IMG/VR virus record: IMGVR_UViG_3300005739_000034
Coordinates: 1 to 39,529 of that record
Reading direction: 5' to 3' (one strand)
Source: a virus
Taxonomy: Duplodnaviria; Caudoviricetes
DNA: 39,529 bases
Of this stretch, positions 7,335 to 16,948 are shown in pieces; positions within the stretch are counted from its first letter, which is position 1; each line of letters begins with the position of its first letter. The position numbers were made by a program, and so were the translations under genes. Below the pieces are notes generated by a model that was not told the origin of the DNA, searched no databases, and saw only the letters and a program-made list of their open reading frames with translations.

Positions 7335-10217
7335 CTAATCACCATAGAAATCCACTTTTGCGACGATTGCCAATACCGAAAGCGGGTAAGGTTGTTGTTG
7401 CCGTATGTAGACCGGCAAAGCGGCATCGTAGTCACTTGCAACGACAACTTCTTTGTCCCCTGTAAACGGATTGGGAGAAGCATCCATTTGGTCGTTAAAA
7501 TCCCGCGGGTAAAGCCATTCCCAGTCCGTTCCGTTGGTTGATACCTGTCCGCCAAGTGATTTGGTCACGCTGACCACAAGTTTGTGAATCCGCTTGCGAC
7601 GACCGCGGGATGTGCCGTCTTGCAGGTTGTTCACATCAATGGTCATGGGTTGGAGTGTCGAATTGAACGGCAAACCGGCCAGCACCACCGAAGCAGGCTT
7701 GTCGAGCGTGATTTGACCACCGGACACGGATCGCGGAAGTTCCGCCGCGCCATCCGCCAGCACAGAAACTTGCAGACCTTCCAGATGGGACAAACCGGAC
7801 ATCGTTGCGCTGGCCGATCCCGTGCGCCGGACGGCGCAGTCTAAATACCACCAACTGTTCTTTGCTTCGTTCTCGAAATGCTCTCTGTGCAGAATGTGGA
7901 ATCGCTCGATGTAGCGCACGGCTTGCCCATTCACGGTGCGTTTGACCGACAACCAGACCTCGTCGGAGGTTCCGACGCCATAAATGACAGCGACGGATTC
8001 AAAATCCCCATCCGTTGTGTGCCTGTGCCATCCGACGACTTGCTGATCTCGCTCGTAGGTCATTCCGATCAATTGACCATCTCCGCGGATCGCCCAGTAA
8101 ATGGCATCGTTTTGTTGCTGGTAATCCGATTCAACAATCTCTCCGTTGGTCACATGTTCAGCCAGAACGGTGAGGTCCGGAGCCACCCATCCATCACGGT
8201 CCAGCACATAAGTCAACTCACGCACCTTGCGTCCCTGCCGTTGCACAAAAAGCATGACATCGTTGATGGTCGAAGCTGGAAGGTATTTTGATCCGTAAGC
8301 GGACTGCTTTTGCGCGGTGACATTTAATGGCGTGATGCCTTCGTCGGGATTGGACGATCCCAGCGTCCACTCGTTTCCGCTGGTCCCAATCATCAGCTTG
8401 TCTTGCGATTCAAGCCAATTGATGCGGTTGGCTTCTTTGCTGGAAAGCGTGATGGCAATGCCAGCGTCCGCATTGTCGCTGATACGCATGTTCTCAAAAT
8501 CGTCAACAACGCTTGCCCATAGTGACTGGGGTTTGCTGGCCGTCCCACCAAACCAAATGCGCGATTCGTGAAGCATAACGGTGCGCGGATGTCCGCGGTG
8601 GTTTGACCATGCTCCTTCGGCCCAATTTTTAGTCGCGGTCGTTTTAGCTACAGGATTGACTACATTGACTGCAACTTGAGTTGGGCTTGTGTATCCAGTC
8701 ACCTTGACGACACCATATTGCACATTGTTCAACGCTTCCAAACGCGCAACACGGGTTTCGTAGTTGATAGGCGTCCAATATTTTGCGTTGAACGGAGTAA
8801 AATCAATGGGTTCCCAGTAGGCAAAATTGGTTGGTCTGTAGTCGATTTTTTCCAACCGATTCATTTCGTAATCCGCTTCCTGTGGTGTGTTGGAAGACAG
8901 CATTTGAATGTCGTTGTCTTGACGCGCATCACCGTAAGTTTTGGCCGGTCCAAACACAGAAGTCACAACACGCCAAAATGCCGATGTGCCTGCACTTTCT
9001 TGAACAATTTGGTTGGCAAATTTATCCGCGGACGGCCATGTGCCGCTCCACGGCGAGCGAACTGCCGCATATGCCGTGTGGCATCTAAAAACAAAACCGT
9101 CTTGTTCTGTCGGGCAACGAAATTGTGTGCCTACAGCGACAGTTGTGTTGTTGGCGTAATTCACCGTCGCGTTGGTGTGCGTCTTAATGCATTTGTAGGT
9201 TTTGGTGTTGTAAGTGACAAAATCCCCTTCCGCGTATGTGGCTTGTGACGACCAATTGGCAGCAATATTGTTATGAGCAAGAACGCAGCGATAAACATTG
9301 TTTTCATAAACGCGGATGTCGTCTTTTGCAAAAGTCGAATTGCTGCTCCATGCCGGTCCTGTTGAATAGTCTGCAATCCGAATTCGCAACTTCACCTCAT
9401 TTTCGGTTTTTCCTGTTGTGGACAAGTTTCGCTCTGCTGCACCTTTGTAGTTGCGGATGGTCTGCCATGTCGCTCCATCGTCTTCGGATTGTTCGATGGT
9501 GATGAGCGCGGACCAAACGCCGGAAGTGGAAAATTCCCAGTCGCCAAACACGGCCAACGAATCGCTGGTTCCGTTTCCGTCGATGACTTTTTCGACATAA
9601 GACGCTTCCATGTCGTGACCGATTTGCCAGTAGCTGCCGACATGGTTGGCGTTGAATGTGGCCGCGGAAGCCGTCATGGTCCGGTTGTTGCCGGTCGTGT
9701 GACTGACCGACAATGTCGTGTTTTCGAGATTTTCATCGAGCAGCGCGGGCCATGTCCACGCCACTTCGGCCAGCGTCCAGTTATTGTCGGCCACACGGGA
9801 CAATTTGTGCGGGGCCACATCCGGATGCACCAGATACATGATGTCGTTGATTTGGACGAACTGCACCTCGCGTAGTTGGGATTCTGTGAATGGACTTGCC
9901 ACTTCCAGAATCGCATTGGCATTTGTCAGCACTTGCACACCGTTTGACCAGAAACGCATGTATTGGTGACCCATTTCGATGACAAAGCGCGTCGTCGTGG
10001 AAAAGTTGAATCCGATCAAACGGCAACGCCGGTTGGCGAATTTTGCGGCCCCAAGGTATTCGGTCCCGCCGCGCCGGATTACCCCGCCATAGGGCAGGAT
10101 GATGAAATTTTCCAGCGTCTTGCACCCGTTGCGGTATTTCTCCACATCGAGCCGCGCATCCATGTAGGGAGAAAGTTCTCCCGCGTTGAAACTGTTGGCG
10201 AGGATTGAAACCGGCAT
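7335..10217 (-). CDS. Tail tubular protein B / nozzle (T7 gp12, P22 gp10-like) with carbohydrate-binding-like insertion
   Basis: N-terminal NSFNAGELSP...NFIILPYGGVIRRGGT and later QQVVGWHRH and LSHLEG motifs typical of the family; insertion at about 8760-9360. Confidence 0.9.
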   Translation of the reverse strand: MPVSILANSFNAGELSPYMDARLDVEKYRNGCKTLENFIILPYGGVIRRGGTEYLGAAKFANRRCRLIGFNFSTTTRFVIEMGHQYMRFWSNGVQVLTNANAILEVASPFTESQLREVQFVQINDIMYLVHPDVAPHKLSRVADNNWTLAEVAWTWPALLDENLENTTLSVSHTTGNNRTMTASAATFNANHVGSYWQIGHDMEASYVEKVIDGNGTSDSLAVFGDWEFSTSGVWSALITIEQSEDDGATWQTIRNYKGAAERNLSTTGKTENEVKLRIRIADYSTGPAWSSNSTFAKDDIRVYENNVYRCVLAHNNIAANWSSQATYAEGDFVTYNTKTYKCIKTHTNATVNYANNTTVAVGTQFRCPTEQDGFVFRCHTAYAAVRSPWSGTWPSADKFANQIVQESAGTSAFWRVVTSVFGPAKTYGDARQDNDIQMLSSNTPQEADYEMNRLEKIDYRPTNFAYWEPIDFTPFNAKYWTPINYETRVARLEALNNVQYGVVKVTGYTSPTQVAVNVVNPVAKTTATKNWAEGAWSNHRGHPRTVMLHESRIWFGGTASKPQSLWASVVDDFENMRISDNADAGIAITLSSKEANRINWLESQDKLMIGTSGNEWTLGSSNPDEGITPLNVTAQKQSAYGSKYLPASTINDVMLFVQRQGRKVRELTYVLDRDGWVAPDLTVLAEHVTNGEIVESDYQQQNDAIYWAIRGDGQLIGMTYERDQQVVGWHRHTTDGDFESVAVIYGVGTSDEVWLSVKRTVNGQAVRYIERFHILHREHFENEAKNSWWYLDCAVRRTGSASATMSGLSHLEGLQVSVLADGAAELPRSVSGGQITLDKPASVVLAGLPFNSTLQPMTIDVNNLQDGTSRGRRKRIHKLVVSVTKSLGGQVSTNGTDWEWLYPRDFNDQMDASPNPFTGDKEVVVASDYDAALPVYIRQQQPYPLSVLAIVAKVDFYGD

Positions 10218-13006
10218 CAGTAGATTCCGGTTCTGCGGGAGCGCACGATTCTGCTGTCAATCCACGCAATCCGCGTCTTTTCCTTTGCCTCGAAAACATC
10301 CATGAGCCGCGCTTTCGGGCCGGTCAATCGTTCGTATTGTTCCGTGAGCATTCCGATCATTTCCATTTTGCCAAGCGGGCCTGCCAGTTTTGTCGCCAGT
10401 TTTACCGTGAGGGATTCGACGAACAGAGGCGGGTAACCTGCCGTGTCGGTCACCCGCGCCACATATTTGATTTGCGCGGTTGGTTCGTTGGTCATCACTT
10501 TGCCAGCCTCGACGGCATAGGACTGGATGGAAATGGCTGGATCGTAGTTGTTGAGTTGAAGGACGCGGATGCAGTCCGCGGGAAGGTCATATGACTTTTC
10601 CCATTCAAACAGCGGAGCCGTTGCGGAAGCGTTCAAATTTGACCGGCGGATGGCGAAATTCCACGGATGGGACACCATGACTTCGTCGCGGGTCGGCTCG
10701 TAAAAACGGTCGGCAAGTTGCGCTTGGATGGACTGGTCGCCAAAAGAAGTGATAGGCGTCACGCCAAGCATGGCCAAGGCGTTGTTGGCGATTTCCAGAG
10801 AAGTGATCCCCGCTCCAACGACACGGTTGGTTCGCTTGCGTTGTTCACCGGCCTGCGGGGTTTCTTGAATCTTCGCGTAGGTCAAAAACAGTTGTTTGAC
10901 CATATCCGGCTTTTGAAGGGGACCGGCCAGTTTGATGGCCAGCTTGGTAGCCAAAGCCTCGACAAACAGCGGGGAATACAAATCCACTTGCGTGACCTTG
11001 GCCACATAGCAGATTTCGATGCCAACTCTGTCGGAAAGCAATTTGTTTCCCTCCAAGGCATATTTGCTTTGGATCGTTTCAACCTCGTCTTTGTCAATCT
11101 GGATGAGGCGCAGGTAGTCGGAAGGGAGCGTGTAAGTGTAAGCCCACTCGCTGAACGCCGAATTTGCCGTGCCGGTCAAAGTTGCCCGTTTGATTGCGAA
11201 AGTCCAATTGCGGCTTTCCAACACTTCGTCGCGGGTTGGTGTGTAAAACCTGTCGCACAACTGCGCTTGGATGCTCTGGTCGGAAAACCCAACAATCGGG
11301 TCCGCGCCGATCATAGCAAGCGAGAGGTTGGCAATTTCCACAGAATTGAAAACCGTTCCCTTGGATCGATTGGATCGCCGGTTTTTTTCACCCGCTTGCG
11401 GAGTAACCGCCAACTTCTCGTAGCTGACCAACAGCAATTTTGTGAGGTCCGGCTTTTGTCCTTGATGGATCGGGCCGGACAATTTCAACGCCAATTTGGC
11501 CACCAGCATTTCGACAAATAGAGGACTGTAAAAGGTCGCGTCGGTGATTCTGGCGACATAAACGACATCGACCTCCTCTTCGTCTGTGAACAATTGAAAC
11601 CCCTCGATGGTGTATTTGTGTTGGATGGCATCGATTTCGTCGTTGTTGATTTGGACAAGCCGAATGAAATCCAATGGCAGCGCGTATCGGTAGGCATATT
11701 CGCTGCCCGCGGCATTTGACATGCGAATGAGCGGTTGTCTTTTCGTCGCGAATTGCCACACCCGCGTTTCCAAAACCTCGTCCACGGTTTGCGCGTAAAA
11801 CCGGTTGGCCAGTTGGGCGGACGCGCTGGGGTCCAACATGGAAACAATCGGCGACACGCCCAGCATCGCGAGGGACATGTTGACGATTTCCACTTCGTCC
11901 ACGGTGGCAGATTGCTTGCGGTTGGCGCGTTTAAGAGCTTCTCCGGATTGGGGAGTCGTGGTCAGCTTTTCCAGCGAAAGCATGAGCGTCCGGATCAAGT
12001 CGGGCTTTTGACCCTGCAAAAGCGGGCCTGCCATTTTCAAAGCAAATTTAGTCGTCAGCGTTTCAACGAACAGCGGCGAGTAAAGGGTCGCGTCGGTGAT
12101 CCGCGCCACATAGATGGCTTCGACCGATGCCTCGTCTGTGAGCAGCTTGTTGCCTTCGATGGCATATTTGTTCTGAATCGTCGCAACCTCGTCTTTGTTG
12201 ATTTGAATCAAGCGCAGGTAGTCGCTGGGCAGCGTGTAGGAATACAACCACTCGCTGCCGGTCGGGTTGCTGGCGCGGGTTAAAGTCGAGCGTTTGGTTG
12301 CAAATGTCCAAGGGCGGGATTCCAGCACCTCGTCACGGGTCAAATCGTAAAGCCGTTCGGCAAGCTGGGCCTGTGTGCTGGCGTCGGAAAACGAAGTTAT
12401 GGGTGGCGCACCCAGCATGACCAATGCGGTGTTGGCAATTTCGACGGCATTGAATGCAGTTCCTTTGTCGCGCTTTGCCCTACCCTGTTGTTCTCCTACC
12501 TGCGGAGTTGTGATTGCCTTTTCGTAAAGAGCCAGATAGTCCATCGACAACTTGAGTGCGCCGGTCAACGGACCTACAAGTTTGCTGGCCAGCTTCAGCG
12601 CGAAGGCTTCGGAAAAAAGCGGGGAATAGAGGGTCGGGTCGGTGACCCGTGCCACATAGCAAATGGTGATCGGGTTTTCGTCGGTGACGATGGTTCTGCC
12701 TTCAATGGCATATTTGAATTTGATCGTCTCGATTTCGTCGTTGTTGATTTGGACGAGTCGAAGAAAGTCCGAAGGGAGTTGGTAGGCGTATTGCCATTCG
12801 GAGATTGGCGCGGTGCTTAATTGGGAGAGGTTTTGCCGTTTGATGGCAAATGTCCACGGTCGTGCCGCCAGCACTTCCTCCCGCGTTTGATCAAAAAACC
12901 TTTTGGCAAACTGCGCTTGTTTGCTGTCGTCCGACAATTCCATGATGGGAGAAATTCCCAACCGGCCAAGTGCGTCATTTGCGATTTCGGTGTCGGATGC
13001 GGGCAT
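10217..13006 (-). CDS. Tail tubular protein A / adaptor (T7 gp11-like) with five tandem domain copies
   Basis: The pattern EI[AV]NxxLxx[LI]G...EV[LM]xxxxWxFA...YxLPxD...YxPLF repeats five times at about 184-aa spacing; lies between capsid and nozzle genes. Confidence 0.9.
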   Translation of the reverse strand: MPASDTEIANDALGRLGISPIMELSDDSKQAQFAKRFFDQTREEVLAARPWTFAIKRQNLSQLSTAPISEWQYAYQLPSDFLRLVQINNDEIETIKFKYAIEGRTIVTDENPITICYVARVTDPTLYSPLFSEAFALKLASKLVGPLTGALKLSMDYLALYEKAITTPQVGEQQGRAKRDKGTAFNAVEIANTALVMLGAPPITSFSDASTQAQLAERLYDLTRDEVLESRPWTFATKRSTLTRASNPTGSEWLYSYTLPSDYLRLIQINKDEVATIQNKYAIEGNKLLTDEASVEAIYVARITDATLYSPLFVETLTTKFALKMAGPLLQGQKPDLIRTLMLSLEKLTTTPQSGEALKRANRKQSATVDEVEIVNMSLAMLGVSPIVSMLDPSASAQLANRFYAQTVDEVLETRVWQFATKRQPLIRMSNAAGSEYAYRYALPLDFIRLVQINNDEIDAIQHKYTIEGFQLFTDEEEVDVVYVARITDATFYSPLFVEMLVAKLALKLSGPIHQGQKPDLTKLLLVSYEKLAVTPQAGEKNRRSNRSKGTVFNSVEIANLSLAMIGADPIVGFSDQSIQAQLCDRFYTPTRDEVLESRNWTFAIKRATLTGTANSAFSEWAYTYTLPSDYLRLIQIDKDEVETIQSKYALEGNKLLSDRVGIEICYVAKVTQVDLYSPLFVEALATKLAIKLAGPLQKPDMVKQLFLTYAKIQETPQAGEQRKRTNRVVGAGITSLEIANNALAMLGVTPITSFGDQSIQAQLADRFYEPTRDEVMVSHPWNFAIRRSNLNASATAPLFEWEKSYDLPADCIRVLQLNNYDPAISIQSYAVEAGKVMTNEPTAQIKYVARVTDTAGYPPLFVESLTVKLATKLAGPLGKMEMIGMLTEQYERLTGPKARLMDVFEAKEKTRIAWIDSRIVRSRRTGIY

Positions 13007-13044
13007 AAAAGAAAATGAGGGCGGCAGACTTTAACCGGTCTGCC
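13007..13044 (-). terminator. Putative intrinsic terminator after the capsid gene
   Basis: GGCAGAC-CGGTTAAA-GTCTGCC hairpin, then TTTTCTTTT 7 nt later on the minus strand; position analogous to T7 Tphi. Confidence 0.5.
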
Positions 13045-13058
13045 AGCGGTTGTGAGGA

Positions 13059-13964
13059 TTAAGCCTCGGAGCAAGCGATCTCAACGACCTTTGCTTCTTC
13101 CATGCGGGTCGCACCCATGCGGGCGACGGTCCGGATTTGCAGACCGTGCGAACGGTCCACGCGGATGTCCACATGGACTTTGCGTCCGCTGTCGGCGAAC
13201 TTGAGTCCGGACTTGGCGTAAGCAACAACACGACGGGTCGTGCCGGTTGTGCCAAAGAAGGACTTGTTGGTCCGGCGGAACTTGAAGCCCATGAAGGTGT
13301 CGATTTCACCGGCAACCATTGCGCGAACGGTGTTGTAGTCCGCGGAGGTGAGTTGCGGGTCGCGAAGCAAATCTTGGATTTGCTTGGCGGAAACGACAAG
13401 GATGCGGGCATCCTCTTCGTCCACTTCGGCGTCATCAAACAGGAACTTGGCGCGGCGAAGTTTTGCCAGCGTCATACCGCTTGCGGCGGCAGTTCCGGTT
13501 TCGACATAATCAACGGCAATTTTCTGACCGGCGGGAAGCGCGGTCGAGGTCAGTCCGTCAGCACCTGTGGCAGCAGTTCCAACCGCGGCGGCAAGTGCGA
13601 TCTCATCGATCTTGCGAGCGTAGGCAGCGGCATGGGCGGCAATGAGGTCGCTGTTGGGCAGCGAGACTTCGCCAAGGCGCACCTCGTCCCACTCATCGAG
13701 GATGTCCGCCTTCTCGTAATTGAGCGCGGTGATCCAGCGTTTGGCGAGCGGGGTGTCGGTGATGTTGGTTTCACCAGCACGGACCGTGATTTGGGTCATG
13801 CTCACAGGAGAAATCTGGTTGTATGACTTTTTCTCTCCGGTGAAGTTGTCGATGTTGAGAAACTCGCGCAGCTTGGAAATTTTCTGCTGAACAAGATGCT
13901 CCCAGTTGGATGAAAATTCCGTCGTGAAGAACTCCGGAATCTGTGCGTTTACGATAACAGGCAT
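13059..13964 (-). CDS. Major capsid protein
   Basis: 301 aa with DYNTVRAMVAGEIDTFMGFKF and MGATRMEEAKVVEI motifs of podovirus capsids; AAAGGAG Shine-Dalgarno upstream; follows the scaffold gene. Confidence 0.9.
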   Translation of the reverse strand: MPVIVNAQIPEFFTTEFSSNWEHLVQQKISKLREFLNIDNFTGEKKSYNQISPVSMTQITVRAGETNITDTPLAKRWITALNYEKADILDEWDEVRLGEVSLPNSDLIAAHAAAYARKIDEIALAAAVGTAATGADGLTSTALPAGQKIAVDYVETGTAAASGMTLAKLRRAKFLFDDAEVDEEDARILVVSAKQIQDLLRDPQLTSADYNTVRAMVAGEIDTFMGFKFRRTNKSFFGTTGTTRRVVAYAKSGLKFADSGRKVHVDIRVDRSHGLQIRTVARMGATRMEEAKVVEIACSEA

Positions 13965-14132
13965 TGTATTACTCCTTTGATTTTAGGTTGTGGTTTCTGT
14001 TTGGTCCCTACGGCAGAGCGATTGTCCCGTTCGGGGTCACCGCTGTCGGGTGTGCCGTTGGGCAGGCTCCACAGGAGTTGTCTGCCTTATGCTGTCCCCG
14101 CCCTAATGGATTTGACGGGTTTAGTCAAATAA
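13965..14132 (-). promoter_or_regulatory. Structured 5' leader of the capsid gene (two stems with GACAA internal loops, plus RBS)
   Basis: Pairings read directly: GGCAG-ACAA-CTCC-TGT-GGAG-C-CTGCC, and ACGGCA...AGCGGT-GAC-CCC-GAAC-GGG-ACA-ATCGCT-C-TGCCGT. Confidence 0.5.
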
Positions 14133-14963
14133 TTATTTTTGAGAAAGCATGCGCCGGACGCGGTCCACAATCTCCGGATCGTGGTCGAGATACCGGCGGT
14201 GAAGCGGATTCTCTGGGTTCCGCATGATGTCCTTGGCTTGTTGCTGCGGGCTGGAAAGAATCGGCGATTCTGCGCTGACCAGTTTGTCATCGCTGATTTT
14301 TTCCGCGGCCCAAAGCGCGAGGCGCACCATGTTAGAATCCGAAAAACCTTTTGAGTCGATGGGAACGCCCGCTGACACGGCAACCCGTTTGGCAAGGTCG
14401 AGTTTCTCGTTGAGCTTGTCACCGTAGACTTGTTTGAGTTCGGTGCGGGCCGTTTCCAGTTCTTGGAGGGCCATGCTGTTGATGGCTTGATACATGCTCT
14501 GCACCTGCTGCATTTGCAGGCCCGCCAATTCGCGCATGGCGGCGGGAGGAATGTTGTGTTTGTGCGCGATGGCAGAAGCGGCCTTGGCAAGGTTTTCGTC
14601 AAAAGTCACGCCTTCGGGCAACTGTTCGGGTTTGAGCGCGGGGATGTAGTCGTCGGGCTTGTCTGGGACACCGATAGCCTTGCGGAACGCCGCGATTTCT
14701 TCGGGGGTCGATTTTTCGTTTGGAACCATGACCGCGTTGGCTTTCTTGCCCAGCAACTGCTCCAAACCGGTGTAAGATTTGGCAAGGGATTCGTAATCGG
14801 CTTTGCCTTCGCGCCAAAACTTGTCCGGAAGGAATTCTGGTTTGTCCCCTGCTGCTGGCATTTGCTGTGCATCTGCCTGCGATTGCTGTGCGCCTGCAAG
14901 CAGGCCGTTTCCGGAGTCCGCGGACGCGGCTCCGCTGTCTGGTGCGGTGGTGGTTGTATCCAT
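14133..14963 (-). CDS. Capsid assembly scaffolding protein
   Basis: KPEFLPDKFW...LAKSYTGLEQLLG...FRKAIGVPDKPDDY motifs; immediately upstream of the capsid gene. Confidence 0.8.
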   Translation of the reverse strand: MDTTTTAPDSGAASADSGNGLLAGAQQSQADAQQMPAAGDKPEFLPDKFWREGKADYESLAKSYTGLEQLLGKKANAVMVPNEKSTPEEIAAFRKAIGVPDKPDDYIPALKPEQLPEGVTFDENLAKAASAIAHKHNIPPAAMRELAGLQMQQVQSMYQAINSMALQELETARTELKQVYGDKLNEKLDLAKRVAVSAGVPIDSKGFSDSNMVRLALWAAEKISDDKLVSAESPILSSPQQQAKDIMRNPENPLHRRYLDHDPEIVDRVRRMLSQK

Positions 14964-14972
14964 AAAAAAGCG

Positions 14973-15263
14973 TTATCGGACGACGGTGATTTCCGGCGCG
15001 TTGACATCTCCGTCGGCAATGGCCGGTTCGGAGAGTTTGTGTTGGATGAAAAGGATCACCTCGCGTTGCCCGTCGCGAATGGCCGCGGCGATGGCGTCGT
15101 AGCGGGGTTGGGTGTTTTTGCAGAAGGCGGGCGCGTTGGTGCGGAAGTAGGCTTGCAAATGATCCAGCACGATTTTCCCGTCCGGCGTTGCAAAAACGGA
15201 ATGGTAGGCATTGATGATTCGCTGGCGTTGTTTCGCGGCCTCGATGCTTTTGGCGTCGGTCAT
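14973..15263 (-). CDS. Bbp19-like small head-module protein
   Basis: YHSVFATPDGKIVLDHL...IRDGQREVILFI pattern; lies between portal and scaffold. Confidence 0.7.
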   Translation of the reverse strand: MTDAKSIEAAKQRQRIINAYHSVFATPDGKIVLDHLQAYFRTNAPAFCKNTQPRYDAIAAAIRDGQREVILFIQHKLSEPAIADGDVNAPEITVVR

Positions 15264-16948
15264 AGTCCTGCTTGTTCAGCCATAGCCTGCCCCACGACGC
15301 TGTCGCGCTTGATGCTGCCTGCCTTCGCGGCCATGTCGGCCTGCGCCATTTGCTGCTGCTGTTCAATTGCGGCCTGTTGCTGTGCGGCCCTCTCCTCGCG
15401 CATCTTGGTCACTTCTTCCTCGTCCATGATCCAGTCCGCGGGTGTTCCATCGTTTCTGGCCACATCGCGGGCAATGCGATCCCAGTCGTAGTTGTCCATG
15501 ACATCCGGACGGATTTGGGTGATGGGAGCGATCCGCTCCATCGTCCGCATGAAGGCAAGGTTGTGAAGAGCTTTGATGGCCAGCGCAACGCGGGACACAT
15601 ACTGGATTTCCGGTTCGGGGATTTCCGGAATGCCTGTGGCCGCATTGGGAACAAGCACATCTCGCGGTGGAGGCGGAAACGCGCCAGCGCGTAGGTGAAT
15701 GGAAAAGACTCGGCGCAAAAGCGGATTGAATAATTCGGTCGTCTTGAGCGCAAAGGTCGGACTGAACTGCACCAGTTTTTCGCTGGATCGTTCCGCCACT
15801 TCGCGGGCCGTCATTTGTTTGTCGAGCGACGAGAACATTTGGAACAAGTCCACATGGAACGCTCGTTGGATGGCTTCCTTTTTAGCGTTCTCGCGCTCCA
15901 GTCCGATGTTGTAATCGCCCGCGGTTGCCCATTCCACCGGCCTTGCGGCGGGGTTGGTCGGATCAAAATAGGTTGTGCCAGCGGCCCGCAAATCGACTTC
16001 GCCTTCATGGGTGGCCGGAATGAGCAGGCGCGGAAACGCCTTTACCTCGGCCAGCGCGTCAAGTTGTTTGCACAGGAAATTGAGTTGACGCGCTTCGGGG
16101 GTCGCAATCCATGCCGGTGACCATCCGTAGGGACTGTGGGACCACTTGAGGTGGCGTCCGGCAAAAAATGGTTTCTCGTCGAATCCGGACACGCGAATGA
16201 CATGCTTGCTCGATTTCTCGACATAGATGGAAGCCCACGGCTTGTTTTCCGCGTCGAGTTTTTCGGCGTCCCGCTCCAGCCGCGGGTAGATGGCGTGGAC
16301 AATGTCATGCTTGGCGTTCCCGCCCTTTCCGGTCTTGCGGTATTCCTCGACGGCTTTCTGCAATTTCGGTGACAGGTTTTCCACGCCAAATTTGGACGCG
16401 GCCTGCTCACAGGTCAGTTGCATCTCGCGGAACAGCGTGTCCACAAACCCCTCGTCGTTTTCGCTGATGGAAAACGACGGGACAGGGAATGTCTGGAAAA
16501 CGACCGGCGAATTCTGGCCTTCCTCGCAATACATGCAGTAGGTTCCAAATGTTCCGTCGTCGAAATACAGTTCGTGGATTTCGGAATAGAAATTGGAATT
16601 GGCCAGCGATTGTTGCGCGATTTCAGAACAGCGTTGGAACCATTGCTTGGCTTTGTCGTTGTTCTTGAGCCACGCGGGAGGATCGTAAACGAACCAGCGC
16701 GTGTCCGCGGGTGTCATGTAAGACAACTGGCCATTGGCCAAAACCATGTTGGAATGGACCGCGGTGCTGTCGTAAAGCGTCTCCGTCCGGTTGAAGGACG
16801 GGTATTCCTGCTTGTTGGCGATTTCGGCCTTGCGCGGCAGACAATAGTCCGCGATGTCCTGCCACAACGGTTCCCAAACCCTCCGTTGCTCGGTGAGGTC
16901 GTTGTGGCGGGCGAGAATGTAGTCTGCCAGTTCGGCCTTGGATTTCAT
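15260..16948 (-). CDS. Portal (head-tail connector) protein, T7 gp8/BPP-1 type
   Basis: 562 aa with WQDIADYCLP, YDSTAV, SNFY, PYGWSP and MTAREVAER motifs. Confidence 0.92.
   Translation of the reverse strand: MKSKAELADYILARHNDLTEQRRVWEPLWQDIADYCLPRKAEIANKQEYPSFNRTETLYDSTAVHSNMVLANGQLSYMTPADTRWFVYDPPAWLKNNDKAKQWFQRCSEIAQQSLANSNFYSEIHELYFDDGTFGTYCMYCEEGQNSPVVFQTFPVPSFSISENDEGFVDTLFREMQLTCEQAASKFGVENLSPKLQKAVEEYRKTGKGGNAKHDIVHAIYPRLERDAEKLDAENKPWASIYVEKSSKHVIRVSGFDEKPFFAGRHLKWSHSPYGWSPAWIATPEARQLNFLCKQLDALAEVKAFPRLLIPATHEGEVDLRAAGTTYFDPTNPAARPVEWATAGDYNIGLERENAKKEAIQRAFHVDLFQMFSSLDKQMTAREVAERSSEKLVQFSPTFALKTTELFNPLLRRVFSIHLRAGAFPPPPRDVLVPNAATGIPEIPEPEIQYVSRVALAIKALHNLAFMRTMERIAPITQIRPDVMDNYDWDRIARDVARNDGTPADWIMDEEEVTKMREERAAQQQAAIEQQQQMAQADMAAKAGSIKRDSVVGQAMAEQAGL

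Noticed and set aside
10217-13006. Assembly artefact as the cause of the five-fold adaptor repeat
   Set aside because: Units differ substantially in protein and DNA sequence and in length (181-195 aa) while staying in frame.
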